Shown: positions 12,932-26,622, counted from the first letter of the stretch. The stretch: DNA of 64,000 bases from Kondoa subrosea (GCA_039545335.1 BCIN01000002.1:1625118-1689117); one strand, 5' to 3'. Notes: generated from the sequence alone by a model not told the origin. A program made the numbers and translations.

Positions 12932-13874
12932 TCAAAACGTTTGTATATCACAGCGGCATCTACATATTCTTCTTTTCCATCTTTACCTGTCTTTAATCGG
13001 CCTGCTTCTGGTATGAGCCCTACTCTCGTGAATCCTAGCTTATCCCAGATGGCGAGCCTGCAAACTTGTGATCAGTTCGGATCAGCCTCTGCATTGTTGA
13101 ATGTACGAAGCCTTGTTCGACACATATACCAAATTGAAGACCGACGCTCGATATCCTGTTTTTTTTCTCTTCTAGTCAGCTTCTCTTCTCTCTGTTGTAT
13201 TCCGTCACTCTTACCCAAAGCGGGAGCGAAGTCCAAGTAACTTGTCCCAAGAGCCATACCCAGCTTCAAACCTCTTTGCTTGGACGGGACTATAAATCCG
13301 GCGTTACAGTTGTGGGAAGATCTACCAGGATAATTGGCTGAATCAACAAACAGATCAAATTAGTATCAAGTTCAACCGAACGAAAAGCGCATCATTTCCA
13401 AAAAATGGGCAAAACTCACGTTTGATATAGTAATACCCTCCTACACAATCTTGCCATGATCTATCTCCTTTCACGTCCTCTAATGTGCTTCCCTCCTCCG
13501 TTTCCCTTGACGTTATTAACCCGAGAAACAGGTCGTAAGCTGGAAATTTGAGAACGTCAGAGTCAATTTTCGATCACAAATTACAACCGCTCCCGCTCCG
13601 TTTCACGCGAGCGGCGCATTACAATGCACATACCTAGGAAATAGCTTTCGAACGCAGTCCCGCTCAAGCTTTCTTCTTGAGGGTAGGTTAAGCCTTCTTC
13701 AATGACTTGATTGAAGATTTGATGCAAGTATTCGAGTAAGTCCGGGGAAATGGTATTCTTGCGTAAGGGGAAAACCGCTAATTGTTTTGACTGATCGAGT
13801 AGTGGGTATAAGCGCATCTTTAGTGGATCGGATGACTTGGTAGCAGGGACAGAGATAGTCCCGTATGGAGACAT
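12932..13874 (-). CDS. GNAT N-acetyltransferase (Mpr1/Spt10-GNAT-like)
   Basis: EEGLTYPQE, GYYIKPNYPGRSSHNCNAGF, GYRASVFNLVY and IWDKLGF..G.IP.AGRL after splicing four introns. Confidence 0.85.
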
Positions 13875-14798
13875 GTTTTTTTGGCTTGGTATGTTTTTGG
13901 CGCCAGTGGTAGCGTGCTGGGCTAAGTCGAATCGGAGATGGGAACGGAGTAGAGCGACAACGTACGAAAAGCAGCAGGGAGATGAGTTGAAGCGAAGGTT
14001 CGTACTAACTTAGGTACTAACGTCTCTCATGTGGAAAAGTGATCAAAAGCCCAAAAAGGACGAGACATTCAGGTCGAAAGGCGTTAACGATAGCGGAGCG
14101 TTTTGGTCCTCCGATAGCAGGGCCTTTGGGCATAGCAATAGCAATATCAAATGTGAATTCCTAATAGCTGTGCGAATTTTATGTACTGTTCCCGATGAAA
14201 GGCCAGGACAGGGATCTCGTCTGACGTCTGCAGATCAGTCGAGTCACACCGGTGTCAAGTCCGCTTGGCACCATGCGATCATCACCGTGGTGGACAAAAA
14301 TCTGTGCCTTGAGGAAATTCCGCGGCGGGACGGCTAAATCCAATCCCTTTCTTTGCTAATACATAATGCATTGCCCTCCGTAGTTCAGCCTTTACTGCAG
14401 CAGCCAAGCACAATTTGAAAAAGGCTCCTCTTCTTCTTCTCCAACGATCTATTGGACTACTATTCAATAAGATCTCAAACCTCAAACATCAGAACTTGAC
14501 TTCCAACCGGAGTCATCCACATAAGCCCAAAAAACCTCGTGTGTGCTCAGATTGGTCTTCCCTCGTGCCGCCACTCTCCTCTCTTTTTCAAGAAGCTCGA
14601 CTCTCTTCTGACAAGTCACCTCTCGGCTAATAATTTCTCATCGCCCGCGCATCAACCCACCTTCCGCTCTTGCTCTTTACGCATAGCAACCACTACTTCC
14701 GACACCCCTCAGCCTCATACCCCTGTACAAGCTTCGCCTTGAATACCACAGCTCGCACTTCGCAAGCATAGCCCGATATTATTACTCATAATTGGGCA

Positions 14799-16062
14799 AT
14801 GTCCGCGCCACGAGCTTCCACTTCTTCCTCTGCTTCTCCTGCATCACCAAGTCGTCGCCCAATGATCAAGGCTCGCAAGGACAAGAGCGCTGCTGCTCCG
14901 CCAGTCGATAAATATTATGGCCAAAAAGGTAATAATGCGCATCACACTGTCACTAAAAATCACATGCTTACTTTATTTTACATTTACAGATCTGGCAGAG
15001 TTCTGCGAATACTTTGTGTCAAACATGTTCTGTCTGGCCTCCGACTGCCCTCAGTCGAGTCACCCGTCTACTTCCGACTCAAAAGAACCTCCTGCATTAG
15101 TACTCTTCATCGTACGTTTCCATTCTGCTCCTTCCACGTATAGACAGAAGCTGACCGGTGTTCTCATTACCTACATGCAGGCCTATGCGTTATATCGTAC
15201 AAGATTACCTACTTCAATAGTCCATCATGCTCTTTACCTCTTGCACCGCTTGAAGACTCGCTATCCCACAGCTCGCGGCACTTCCTCGTCTCCTCATCGA
15301 CTCTTCCTTTCAGCACTCATGCTGTCATCCAAAATTCAAATGGACGATACTTATTCAAATCGGTCGTGGGCGATCGTCGGAGGAAATTTTTTCGCCTTAC
15401 GTGAAGTGAATCAAATGGAACGAGAGCTATTTGCGTTTTTGGAGTGGAATGCAGTCGTGTCAAAGGGTGAATTGGATGCCTACACGGAGGTTATCGAAGC
15501 GGATTGGTCTGGTGTGAAATCAGGTCAACGTCAACAACAAGCAGCTGCAGTCGCGCGCTCGAGGAGCTTCATGGTCTCTTCTGCGGAACAACCAGTCATT
15601 GGCAAGAGGCGAAGAAGCGATACTGCTTACACCGAAGCTGCAATCGAGAAAGCTCAAGCACTTCGACACAAAAGAGCTGCCGATGCTGCTATTGCCTTAT
15701 TGCAGCCTTGTTCTACCACAGCGGCTCGCTATCGTCATTCTATCGATGGTCGATATGTTCAAGACTCTTCTCCAGCTCAAGCATCTTCAGCTACCTCCTC
15801 TTTCGTCTCTTCACCTTCCTCCGACCAGTTCTTTCATTACCATTCCTCTTCTTCCTACGCTACAAGTCCAGATACATCAAGCCCAACGTCTTCAAAAGGG
15901 CCAATCACACCAGAGGAAGCAGAAACTTTTGCAAGGTTCAACGATGTTTGTTCGGTGAACACCGAAGATTCCCTTCCGCCCTCCAAACAATCTTCTTGGT
16001 CTTCGTTCGCTAAACAAAGGTCTTCTCCGAGGATTCCTTCATCTCAAGTTGCAAGATCTTGA
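14799..16062 (+). CDS. Pho80/Pcl/Clg1-type cyclin
   Basis: Cyclin box FIAYALYRTRL...ALYLLHRLK...HRLFLSALMLSSK..MDDTYSNRSW...EVNQMERELF; S/P-rich tail. Confidence 0.88.
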
Positions 16063-16301
16063 AGTGTTGATCCAGAAAAATATAGGATTGGGGCAGTACA
16101 GTACAGTACCTTACTTATATATCTTTTACCAGTTATTCGTTTCGTTTTCAGCCGCATTTCTGTATATAGAATACTAGTCGTTGTATACCAAGGGCAAGTC
16201 GCAAAATTAAAAGTTTAAACAAGCCTTGAAATGTCATATAATATTCAAAGTATTCTAGTTCCCCATCTCTCTTTCATAACTATCCTCCTCTCTTCTGCAA
16301 T

Positions 16302-18928
16302 TTACTTTGCCTTCTTGCGGCCTGGTACAATATTCGCACGACGCAGCGCGGGAAACAACAGTCCTTTCACTCACCTTTAGCAGCAGGTTTCTTTGCAGCC
16401 TTGCCCTTCTTGCCTTTCGGTAACTCTTCTTCCTCTTCCTCTTCCTCCTCTTCTTCGACGGCATCATCTGCTTTTCTCTTCTTGCTGTTAGTACTGCCAT
16501 TATTCTCGATCGGAACGTATTTTCCTTCTTTACAATTCGAACAGAACCAATCCGTTTCCGGTACTTGATCTAAAGGTACGCAAAGTAAATGATAGGCGTC
16601 CTCAAAACCCATACTCTGTTCAGCATTCATGAGATATGGCAATAGAAACGGAAATCTCACCTCGCATTTCTCGCATTCCAGAACAGGGTTCTTTTCATCT
16701 TCTTCACCTTCTTTCTCTTCTTTAGAACAAACAACACAAGTATCAGTCGATTCCAAGATCGGTGGGAACCTTTCCAATTCTTGCCATTTCTCCTCTTTTG
16801 TACTGGAAGGTTTGATATTGACTGAGCCTGGGATAGGCAGTAGAGCAGAGGAAGAAGCAGAAGGTGATGGCGCTGCAGAAGTAGTTTCAGCAGGTGCTTC
16901 GTCCAGTCCCCAACCTGCACTCATTAGGGATTGATATTCCACTGTTAAGTGAAATTGCTTACCTGCATCCCAGGAAGGCGCTTTCACTTCAGCAACAGAA
17001 GGTGATTCTGCTAAGGCGGAAGGTGGAGCAGGTGGGCGAACGAGGAAGAAAGTCGTATTCTGTCCTGCTGCCACATCAATGACATCCAGATCCACCAGAG
17101 GTTCTACACGAGTCGGCTGGACAGAGCGCATGAGTCAAAATTCGGAATTACAAGCTCTCGATGCTTACTTTGGTAGCGGACTTGACTTCTCCAACTCCTA
17201 ATGCAAGTTCGCCGCTGTAGCGTTCGAATTGTCCTTTAGCCGAGAGAAGCAGCAAAAGGCAACTCAACCCTTACTTTGCAGCATTTTGACCCCAAGCTAT
17301 GGAAACGACGTGATCTTTCTCTTCCGCTATAGCCCAAAGCGTCACACCTCCAGAAGCAATAATCTTCATTTGATACGATTGGATATCTTGAACGGTCTTT
17401 GGATTCATCCCTTGATCTGACATCAGCTTTGAAATCAAGAAGACTGGCAAAGACTGACAAGGTTGACCGGAGGAACCATCACCTGAATTTTTGAATTTGC
17501 CGCATATGTATAACATACGCTGACCATCTAGGAACATGGAACAACTCTGACCTGCGGCGATCTTGGTAGCTCGCATGATTCGCTTTGGGTGAGTGAAGGA
17601 GTCGACAATAGTAGGTACAAGGTAGTCTTTTTGCACGCCGTGACCCTGCAGACTCGTTCAGATCTAGTTCCAAAGTGGCACTGAACAACACTCACAAGTC
17701 TGCCAAATCCACCATGACCCCACGAATAGACTGCAATCTGTCAGTACGCTGCAAATTGGACGAAAAGGATTCCTCACCATAGCCATCCTTGTCAAGAGTA
17801 ATAGTATGTTGCTGTCCACAAGCTATATCAATGATCTTCTTGCCTTCCAAAGCACCTTTTACCAAGATCGGTCTAGTTTCGCTTTCGAAATTGACTTTGT
17901 TGCCTCTGAGGAATTCTCCATTCTGTAGACAAAGAAGTTTTTTCTAAGCTATGCAGGTAGCGTTTAAGAAACTTTCTGGCCTACCTTTCCATGACCTAGC
18001 TGTCCTTTTTCCGGACAACCGAAACTATAGACTTTCCCACTTTCACAAAGGACAACAGTGAAATTGATTCCAGCAGAAGCTTTGACTACTTTCTCCTTCT
18101 TTAGCGGACCTTCAATGAGGGTGAATTCCATGACATCTTTTCCGCCGCTATCAATTCCACAAGCTCCATATTGATTCGCTCCCGATGCGTATATTGAACC
18201 AGTAGCGGTAATAAGTAAAGTATGTGATCTACCACAAGCAGCTCCAACGATCTTGGCGTCTTTCAAACCGGAAGGTAATGTAGATAGAGTGGATAGAGGA
18301 ACGGGTTCAATATATTGAGATTGACTGGACCCGAGTTGACCATGATCGTTTCTGCCTACTAACCAGGCTTGGTGAGACGTATCAATAAAGATTGCATGAC
18401 AACCTGAATGAGAAGTATGAAGGGAAATGAAGGCTATATTGGCTACTGAGCGAAGTATTTGCGGTTCTAGTAGATCGGGCCGACTAGGAATCAATCCTGA
18501 GTGAGTAGATAAGGAAAAAGAGACGACTTAAACGCACTCAAGATTGGCGGACGACTTTTCTGCAGCTTTCTTTCCCGTTTGTTTTCTTCCGCTATCAGAA
18601 TTGTCAGACAAGAGGAAGACGTTCAGAGACGAATGCTTACAGAGTAGGCCAATCAGTACTGTAATCGGAAATCAGCCAAAATCGAGTCAAGCATGCGGAA
18701 AGCCCTACCCTCCAGCGATTAAGACTAAACAGAATACCGGCAGTCAGAATGATGTTTTGGCAATATGAGGGAAGGAAAGAGCGCGTGATGAAGCGAGAAA
18801 CGTGATAAATAAGAAGGAAAACACAAGACACGAGGGGACACGTCTCGATTTAGGAAATGGGATGAAGGACAGCAGGGAACAGGATCCTTACCTCTTCCGA
18901 AGACCTGCTTAGTGTCCGCTTTTGACAT
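16302..18928 (-). CDS. RCC1/BLIP-II repeat protein (RCC2-like) with C-terminal PHD finger
   Basis: VLIAGGTDW start; RCC1 repeats GRNDHGQLG, ACGRSHTL, SAGINFT and WGHGGFGRLGHG; PHD CVVC...CEKC..YHLLC...WFCSNC; acidic/basic tail. Confidence 0.85.
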
Positions 18929-18984
18929 CCTGTCAATACCCAAGCTGTGATCCTTGTTTAGTGACAACCGAACTCGCGCAAGAA

Positions 18985-20205
18985 ATGGTCTATGATATGA
19001 GCCAAATAGGTACTCCTTCACCTGTCACGAGGACCTTTGCGACTCCTACGCGCAATATCAGCCAGCCAAAGTCATTCCCAAGTCCGCCTGCCTTCAAAAA
19101 TCCAAATTTCGCAAATCAGCAAGATCAGCAAGTTGCCAGGCAGCCCCAACCTCAGCCTCAATCTAGTCAGAACAATCAGCAACAGTCAAATCAACACCAA
19201 ACTCTGCAGCAGCAGCAGCAGCAGCAATCGCAACAGTTTGCTCACCAATCTTCATCTCAAACTCCAGAGTAGGTCGAGTATTATATCTCAAGCCTCTGTC
19301 TCAATGTAAAGCTAGGAAACGTAACACTTCATCGCAACATCAACCAGCTCCAGCTCAACTCCCATCGAAACCTTCTTCCTCTACTTTGAAAGCTTTACCA
19401 GCAAGGAGATTGAACGATGTTCCACTAAATCAGGACGCACTTCGAGCAAGTCAAGCGAAGAATGCATTCAGGACTTTAAGGTGGAACGTTCTTTTCCTCT
19501 TTGGGCTGTGGTGGATTGGTACAAGTCGGCCGTACAGGTTCGTTAAGTTCGAGCTTTTAGCAATGTACATTGCTAAAAAGTCTGAATGTCGGACAGGCAT
19601 ATACGGCGAGAGTATGCGGATCCTACTGCAGAAACAGTAGCCTACTATCTGGGTTCGCACGACTGTCGCAAATTCGAGCTTGTTCTGAGATAGCCTCGGA
19701 CAGGTCGAGCTCTCGTCTGTCTCTTCCTCTTCAATATTTGCTATGGACTACGGCAACTCTATTTCCCTTCCTCTACTAGTCGCAATGTAGCGTTGGCGAG
19801 TTCTCAGATGAGTACGTTCTCGAATCAGTCTCACACGATTTGACAATGAGCTCATCAATGTACAGCCAGCACAATAGCTAACAAAGACATTATCACCCCA
19901 CTGGCTCGTTCGTCTCCAAAGGTATGCAACTGAGATGCTGTTAAGAGCCAGCTTATGTTTTACAGACTCGCCCTTCAACTCCTTCCCAAGGATCAGCTCA
20001 ACCCAAACGAATCATCTCACCTTCCAAACAATCTCCTTTTGCTTCTTCTCCATCCCTACGCAATCAACTATTAGCTTCTTCAGCTTCAGCTAATTCGCCA
20101 GGCAAACGAGATTTCGTAAGTGAACAGATTTTACTGGATCGATCTTTGAGGGAGAAAGCATTCGAAGCTCGTCATGATACCAGTCCGGGCAAGTCCTCTT
20201 TGTGA
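18985..20205 (+). CDS. Hypothetical protein with Q-rich N-terminus, two TM segments and S/P-rich tail (possibly Pom34-like nuclear pore membrane protein)
   Basis: PolyQ ORF, then LRWNVLFLFGLWW and RALVCLFLFNICY hydrophobic segments across introns; the family call is tentative. Confidence 0.5.
19205..19227 (+). repeat. CAG microsatellite encoding polyQ
   Basis: Run of about six cag units within the coding exon. Confidence 0.8.
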
Positions 20206-20506
20206 AGTTCTGGGTGGAGCTAATGCATTCATAAAGGGAGAAGGATGTGAACCAGCTGTGGCAATCTGATAATATATTCACTCAAGATTTGGCTCGGATA
20301 GGCTGGATAGCATTGACGACAAGTATTGACAGCTGCATTGCATTATATCTTCACTTTGTAGCCACTTTTACCTGTGCCAATTCTCCCGACTCTGTGACAT
20401 TCTCAATCCTTCTTCTAGCAACGACCTCTCGCTCGCTCACTAACTGACCCTCGAACTTCCTCTGGACACCACCCTTATAGACCTGCAGTATCGTCGTTAG
20501 TCCAGC

Positions 20507-22586
20507 ATGAGTTCAGGCGAAATCTTGCAAAATACAGCAGGAGCAAAGCAATTGCAAGACACGATTCAAGTGGAACTTGTCGCTCGCGGCTACGCTTCAG
20601 AAGGAGATGAAGTCATGGCTGAATTCTGTCACGTCATGATCTGTAACAATAAATCACCAGCACAAATTTCAGCTGAACTGCAAGACTTGATAGGACCTGA
20701 TTTCGATGAGAAATTCACAGATTGGTTATTCTTAACTGTTGCTAAACAATACCCAAACTCTAAACCTGCTTTACTTTATGGTCCTCCTAAAAATGAGAGC
20801 GCTCCAAGTAATGGAATGCAACAAGATCAGACAATGGGAACAGACAATTCTTCTTCTTCCACTGGTGGTGGTAACAGGGACGGTAGAGATCAGAGGAGAG
20901 GTGCATTTGGTCAAGCCAGAGGTAGTGGGTCAAGAGGTAGTTCAGGTGTTTTCGGATCAGCGATAGCAGGCGTGAAAAGACCAAATGATGGATCAACAGG
21001 ACGAGATGCTCAAAGACAAAGGATGGACCCTCCTATCAATGCACCTACCGGTCCTAGAAATCCTGGAGCATTGGATGGAGATCCTACAGGAGGTATACCG
21101 ACGAAAAGAGGCATGCACAAGGAAGGTCAACCTCTTTTTGATCGACTTGGTCCTCAACCTTTCCCTCAACCTGGATTATCTATGCCACCTCAAATGATGG
21201 GTAACCCTGCTTTCTTCCCAATGATGATGCCAGATATGGTCAGCCAATATCTTTCACCGTTAGCTTATCATTGGCTTATGTGTTGCTCTTGTGTTGACAG
21301 GTTCAGATGCAAATCGATCAAGTCACAGGCAATCATCGCAACGGAAGATCCTTCTCTCCTCAACAACAGCAACCTCAAATGATGCCCTTCTCGCCAGGAC
21401 CAGGTCAACCACCTCAAATGGCTTTCTTCCCTTATCCAGGCGCACCACCTCAATTCATGCCTTTCCCAGGTCAAGCTAATGGTCAATTCTATCCTCCTCA
21501 AATGCAGCAACAGCAACCTATGATGTCTCCCGGCGGATCGGCTCAACAGAATTTCTCTCCTTTGCCAATGCAGAATATGCAAATACAACAGCAACAATCT
21601 CCTCAGCAATTACCGCCTGTGCCTGAAAGACCTTCAAATGAAGCTCTATGCAAACATGCGACCGATTGCACGAACGCGTATTGTAGATTCGCTCATCCTT
21701 CTCCAGCTGCTACTAAAGAATCTGGTTTGGTACTGAGCTCGGAACCGTGTGAGAAACAATTGGATTGTCAGGATCCCGTCAGTCATCGCGAAATGTCTTT
21801 CAGGGTAAAAACTGATTGAATGTTTATTCGTGGCGACAGGATTGCTCCAAGAGTCATGTTTCACCAAGAGCTAAAGATCCAGCTAATTCAGTTCCTCCTG
21901 CTCCTATGGATACTTCTGCAGCGGGAGGTTTCAAGTCTCGACCTCCAGCACCTCCTGCTCACAGGGAAAAGAATCCTACTTTCTGCAAGGTCAGTCACAT
22001 GCCTTCTCTCATTGCCTAGGCTGATTGAGACTATGTGTTGACAGTTTGGAGCTGCTTGTACTCGACCGGATTGTATTTTCACTCATCCTTGGGATACGAA
22101 ACCTCGTTCTACACATTCACCTAGTGCGAATTTGACACCGTGTCGCTTCGGTGCAGCTTGTACGAGAGGTACGTAGCAACCATTAACAATCAGCTTGGTA
22201 GCTGATTCTGACGTGGTGCACTTACAGTTGATTGCCATTTCACTCACCCACCTTCTCGGCGATTAAACAAATCTACTCCTTCTGCTAATCGAACAGCAAC
22301 TTTCAATGGTTCTTCTTCCACTTCTAACCCTCTTTCTGCATCTACTTCTTCTACTACTTCAGCTTCTATGAACCCAGAAGATGTAGCTGCGAAATTGAAA
22401 GAAAAAGAAGAAGAAAAGGAAAAGCTTAATGAAAGAATGAAACGATTTGCTAGTGCAGCAAAAGAAAAAGAAGAAGCATCTGCAGCGAAAGTAGTCGCTA
22501 CTGAGGGTGGAGCAGAAGCGGTGAAGGATTCAATGGATGTTAAGGAAGCTGACGCGGATTCAGATAATGCTATTATTGCAGAGTAG
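20507..22586 (+). CDS. NAB2: Nab2-like nuclear poly(A)-RNA-binding CCCH zinc-finger protein
   Basis: PWI-like N-terminus (VMAEF...NNKS..QI..EL.DLIG), RG-rich region, repeated C-x5-C-x4-C-x3-H fingers (CKFGAACTRPDCIFTHP). Confidence 0.85.
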
Positions 22587-22957
22587 AAAGGCGCGCAAAG
22601 GTACTTAAGAAAACGTAAAAGTTTAATCAAGGAAGGGGAAAGTCTTTTTATTCGATCAAATGATAAAAATGCTCGAGAGGGCTTAAGTTTGTGGGTTTGT
22701 ATAGAATCTCTTTGCCTTTCATCTTTGCTCAACTTTCTTCTTGTTCTTCTCTTGTTTCCTCAATTTTCGCAGTGCTGCGTCGGTTTTTCTTCCTGTTGCG
22801 ATTGATGTCTTTTATGTCTACCCAATCGCAATGGTCGGACGCGTGAAGGCGAAAAAGCTTGTATTATATTACACCAGTACACCCGAGGGTTCAGCTATGA
22901 AGCTTGACTTCTTGTCTTGTACAAATCGAGTACACATTCCCTGCGCGTCTATTCTCA

Positions 22958-24772
22958 CTAAACCTTTGACCCAATACGAGTCAATTCATACTCGCCTTTC
23001 TCGCTGTCCAGCTCAACAACCATAGTGGGTATAGCCAGATCCTCTTCAGTGCTGTACGACATCGGCAAACGCATTTCGGCAAAAGCGTATTGAGCTCCCT
23101 GAGCGTTATCCTGTCGCATCAGATGAGCTCTCCATGTTCCACACAACAAAAGAAGAGACTGACATCGCAGTCCACGTGAACATAGGTTTCAGTCTTGATT
23201 TGTACACCAGAGCTACTTGAGGCTTGTGTTCTCCGAGTGGTCTAAATTTTTGTAAGTCGAGCGTTCCGCTAAAAAAAAATTACAGCACTTACTCGTTGCG
23301 CCAAAATATTTCTGATTGTACGATAAAGAATGACATAGACTAGGCAAAAGAAGAGAGAAGAGAGGGTCGAAAAGGCCAATGACCAGGCAATGCAGACGAG
23401 TGCTGAATCGGCAACCAGCTGAGATAACAGATAAGCATCAAGCCGTGCAAATCGAAGTCGCACGAACATGTTTAGCGTCTATTCCGATCCAAGAAGCAAT
23501 GCCCGCGAAAAAGAGAGAAAATATGAAGACGATGACTGTTTCGAAGATCATGAGATGGTATGTCCCTCTCAAGCTCTCCATATCGTTTGAGCTCATATCC
23601 TTGCTCGATTTGCGATGAGCCGATTGAACCATGTGCATCTGTTCTCTCAGCATCTTGACATACACGAAGGAGACGGGCGAGAAGCAGAGAAGAGCGAAGA
23701 GAATGCCAGCACTATGGGTCAGATAGCCGTATCCGAACCAGTCCAGCAAGCCATTGCTCTCTTTCGCGAAGGCTGGTACAATCGCAGCCCAAGCCCCGAG
23801 TTGAAAGGGTTCACCAGGAGTCCACGCGTGCATGGTAGGTGCTATAGCCTCTTCCAAATTGCCCAAAATGTTCCACGCTGTCTTCGACTTATTGGCGCTG
23901 GATTCACTGGTCAGCTGATAGCAGAAACGATGAAATGTATAAAACTTGCCTGATACTGAAAACAACGAGCGCAGCTACAGCGTAAATTGGGAAGAAGAGC
24001 AGGAAAAAGACATTAGTAGCCCAAGCAGGAATTCTTGATATGCCTGTGCGGCGTCCACTTCTTCTTCCTGGTTCGTGAACTCTGCCCGTATGGTTGTTCA
24101 AGAAAAGATTGATAGACACAGCCATAGCCCAAGCTTCAGTCCAACTACATCAGACGTGAGCAAGGCAGGAGTTGCAAGTGCGCAGCTCTCTGCACCTCAT
24201 GAGTGCGATGGCCAGCCACAATGCTCCTTGGACACTCTGATACTTGTAGGTCGAAGTTCTTTCAGTCAGTGCAACCAGGGCATACTTAAGAGCAGGTATA
24301 GCAACAGAATAGTAGACCAGAGCTAAACCGCATAGAAGCAACGTTGTATTTGGCATGATAAGATTACCAGCTTGAGTGACTCTGCGACGATACAGCCAGC
24401 TCCCTTTTCCAAATGTTTAGCTCGAGCACGTGATGCGGCAGCGACGCGTACCGTTGTTGAAGACCTTGAGCACGATGACAGCTAGACTGCCGATCAAACC
24501 AAGGCTGGCCTGCACAATGGAAGATGTTAGCGAGATCGACAAGTAAACGTTCCGGACCTACTATCACCCAGTTGAAGTGAACTAATGGCTTGAACCAAGA
24601 TGGTGGCAGAGGCACCGATGCCGCTATCAGCATATCCCTACAATAAGCGGGGAGCGTTATGAGTAAGTAGGAAGCTACATATGAAGGCAACATACACCAA
24701 TGCCTTGTATGGGTTCACATTCGCAGGCAAGGAATTAAGCGTGGTGAGGAGGGCCTGTACTTGGTCTGCCAT
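22958..24772 (-). CDS. Hypothetical multi-pass membrane protein
   Basis: Begins MADQVQALLTTLNSLPANVNPY; several hydrophobic exons with GT-AG introns; no recognised family. Confidence 0.55.
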
Positions 24773-25251
24773 TTTGGTGTCTCCAGGGGAATTATTGAAT
24801 GCAAGATAAGAGAGAGAAAATGGAGAATTGTCACAAGAGTTTAGCTCTCAATTAGCAGAATTAGAAGGCGTGAAAGAGGGAAGAAGCAAGAACGAAGGAG
24901 CATTATGGAGTATACTATAAGATTGCCATCATGGCATCGAAAGACTAACGAAAGAACAGGAAGGAAAACAGCAGAGACTGCAGAGACTATATATCAGAAG
25001 AATCACGAAATCGAACATTTTGATACGATTTGCTTCCATGCTAAGATGTAAGGATACAGGCACAGAAGAAGATGGCTGGCGCTGGAGAGAGCCGAAGCGG
25101 TAAATCTGAGGATCCTGGCAGCAGATTTAACTGGACCGGTATACAGTCATCATGAGTCAGTGCCCAGAAAGGAGTCAGCTCGTGCGTACAGCGTTCGCAT
25201 AGGCGCTTCTGTTCTCTTATTCCGACCTGAGACCTCGTCAGCTTTGCTATC

Positions 25252-26422
25252 ATGAGCAAGACTTATCTCATCACAGGAGCGAAGTGAGAATTCACAATTA
25301 CTGGCAAGGCAAGGCGTTCACTGATCTGGCGCTAGTCGAGGTATTGGACTCAGTCTGGTGACCCAATTAGCAAGTAGAGCAGATACAAGTACGTTGGTCT
25401 CCAACGCTGAAAGTAGTGTCAGCTCACCAATTACTTATATAGTCGTCTTTGCTGGCACTCGCGATCTCGAAAAGGCTCAGGCGCTACATGATTTAGCGAA
25501 GAAGCATCCAGGCCGTCTTGTTGTGGTAAAGCTGTCTTCTGATTCAGTGGAAGAACACGTCGCTGTCATCAATGAAATACAATCAAGGGGTCTACATTTG
25601 GATGTGGTCATAGCTAATGCCGGTCAGTTGATCTCTTGAGTACTGCATTGATGACTGAGAGTGCCATCCTAGCAATCGGCGTTATTAGTAGTCTCTTAAA
25701 CACACCTCTGGCCAAATATGAAGAAGTCCTGAAAACGAACGCACTAGGCCCAATTGCCTTATATCAAGCTACTCAGAAGCTGCTGTCGAAATCCGCGAAT
25801 CCTCAATTTCACGTGATGTGGGTCGAAACTAGACCGAGTTCAAGAAGTCATGCTCAATGACGCTTGATAGCTCGAGTGCAGCTGGGTCAATCACCGACAT
25901 AGTCGGTTTTATGCCGCACTCGGCTTATGGAATGTCGAAAGCGTTTGTCGATATTGCCAAAGCTGTATGATGCAATCTCATCAGTGGGTCTAGTGCGGTC
26001 AATTGGTTCGCTCGTAAGCTGCACTTTGAAGAGGAAGCTTGGACGGTGACTGCACTGCATCCTGGTCTTGTTGTAAGTTCCGCTCCACTGTTTTTGACAG
26101 CGGTAGACTCATCCCAAAACTACCAGACTACTCAAACAGGAGCCGACTCGCTTAAGGAGTGCGTATACTGTTAAGCTAAGGGTCACATAACGCTCATATC
26201 TAACCAAGCATGGGCATGACCTTCGATCAACTGGCAGCAATGGGCATCGAGAGCATTACACCCGAGCAGAGCGCATCTCATCTATTATCTCTGATGGACA
26301 GCGCAACGCGCGAAACTCATGGTAAGTTCTTCAGACCATTCACTATTTTAGGCGATGTCTAATTCAAACGGGAAACAGGCGGTAAGTTCATGGACTACAA
26401 GGGTAACGAGTTGAGGTGGTAA
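25252..26422 (+). CDS. Short-chain dehydrogenase/reductase (carbonyl-reductase-like)
   Basis: MSKTYLITGANRGIG, DVVIANA, TNALGP, YGMSK (YxxxK), LHPGLV and GGKFMDY. Confidence 0.9.
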
Positions 26423-26622
26423 ATCGTGGAATGTCGCATTGTATTTGGCTCTATCGCCTTCAGCAATTGCAAGCTCTCACATATGGCATGATGGTCTTCA
26501 ATCAGGCGAGCTCGTTATATCATCGAAATATAGCTTTCTTCCTTTCCCTTTGTCATCTCGATATTCGCTTGGATTGCTTTTTCTATTCTTTCTATCTCAA
26601 TGCCATATATCTTTGCCGTCTG

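Noticed and set aside
18725..18891. Intronic snoRNA in the long RCC1 first intron
   Set aside because: C-box-like TGATGA occurs only on the non-transcribed strand, with no convincing C/D pair or terminal stem.
22715..22810. Lys-rich minus-strand reading (RKTDAALRKLRKQEKNKKKVEQR)
   Set aside because: Could not be linked to a start codon or spliced to the neighbouring gene; probably low-complexity UTR sequence.
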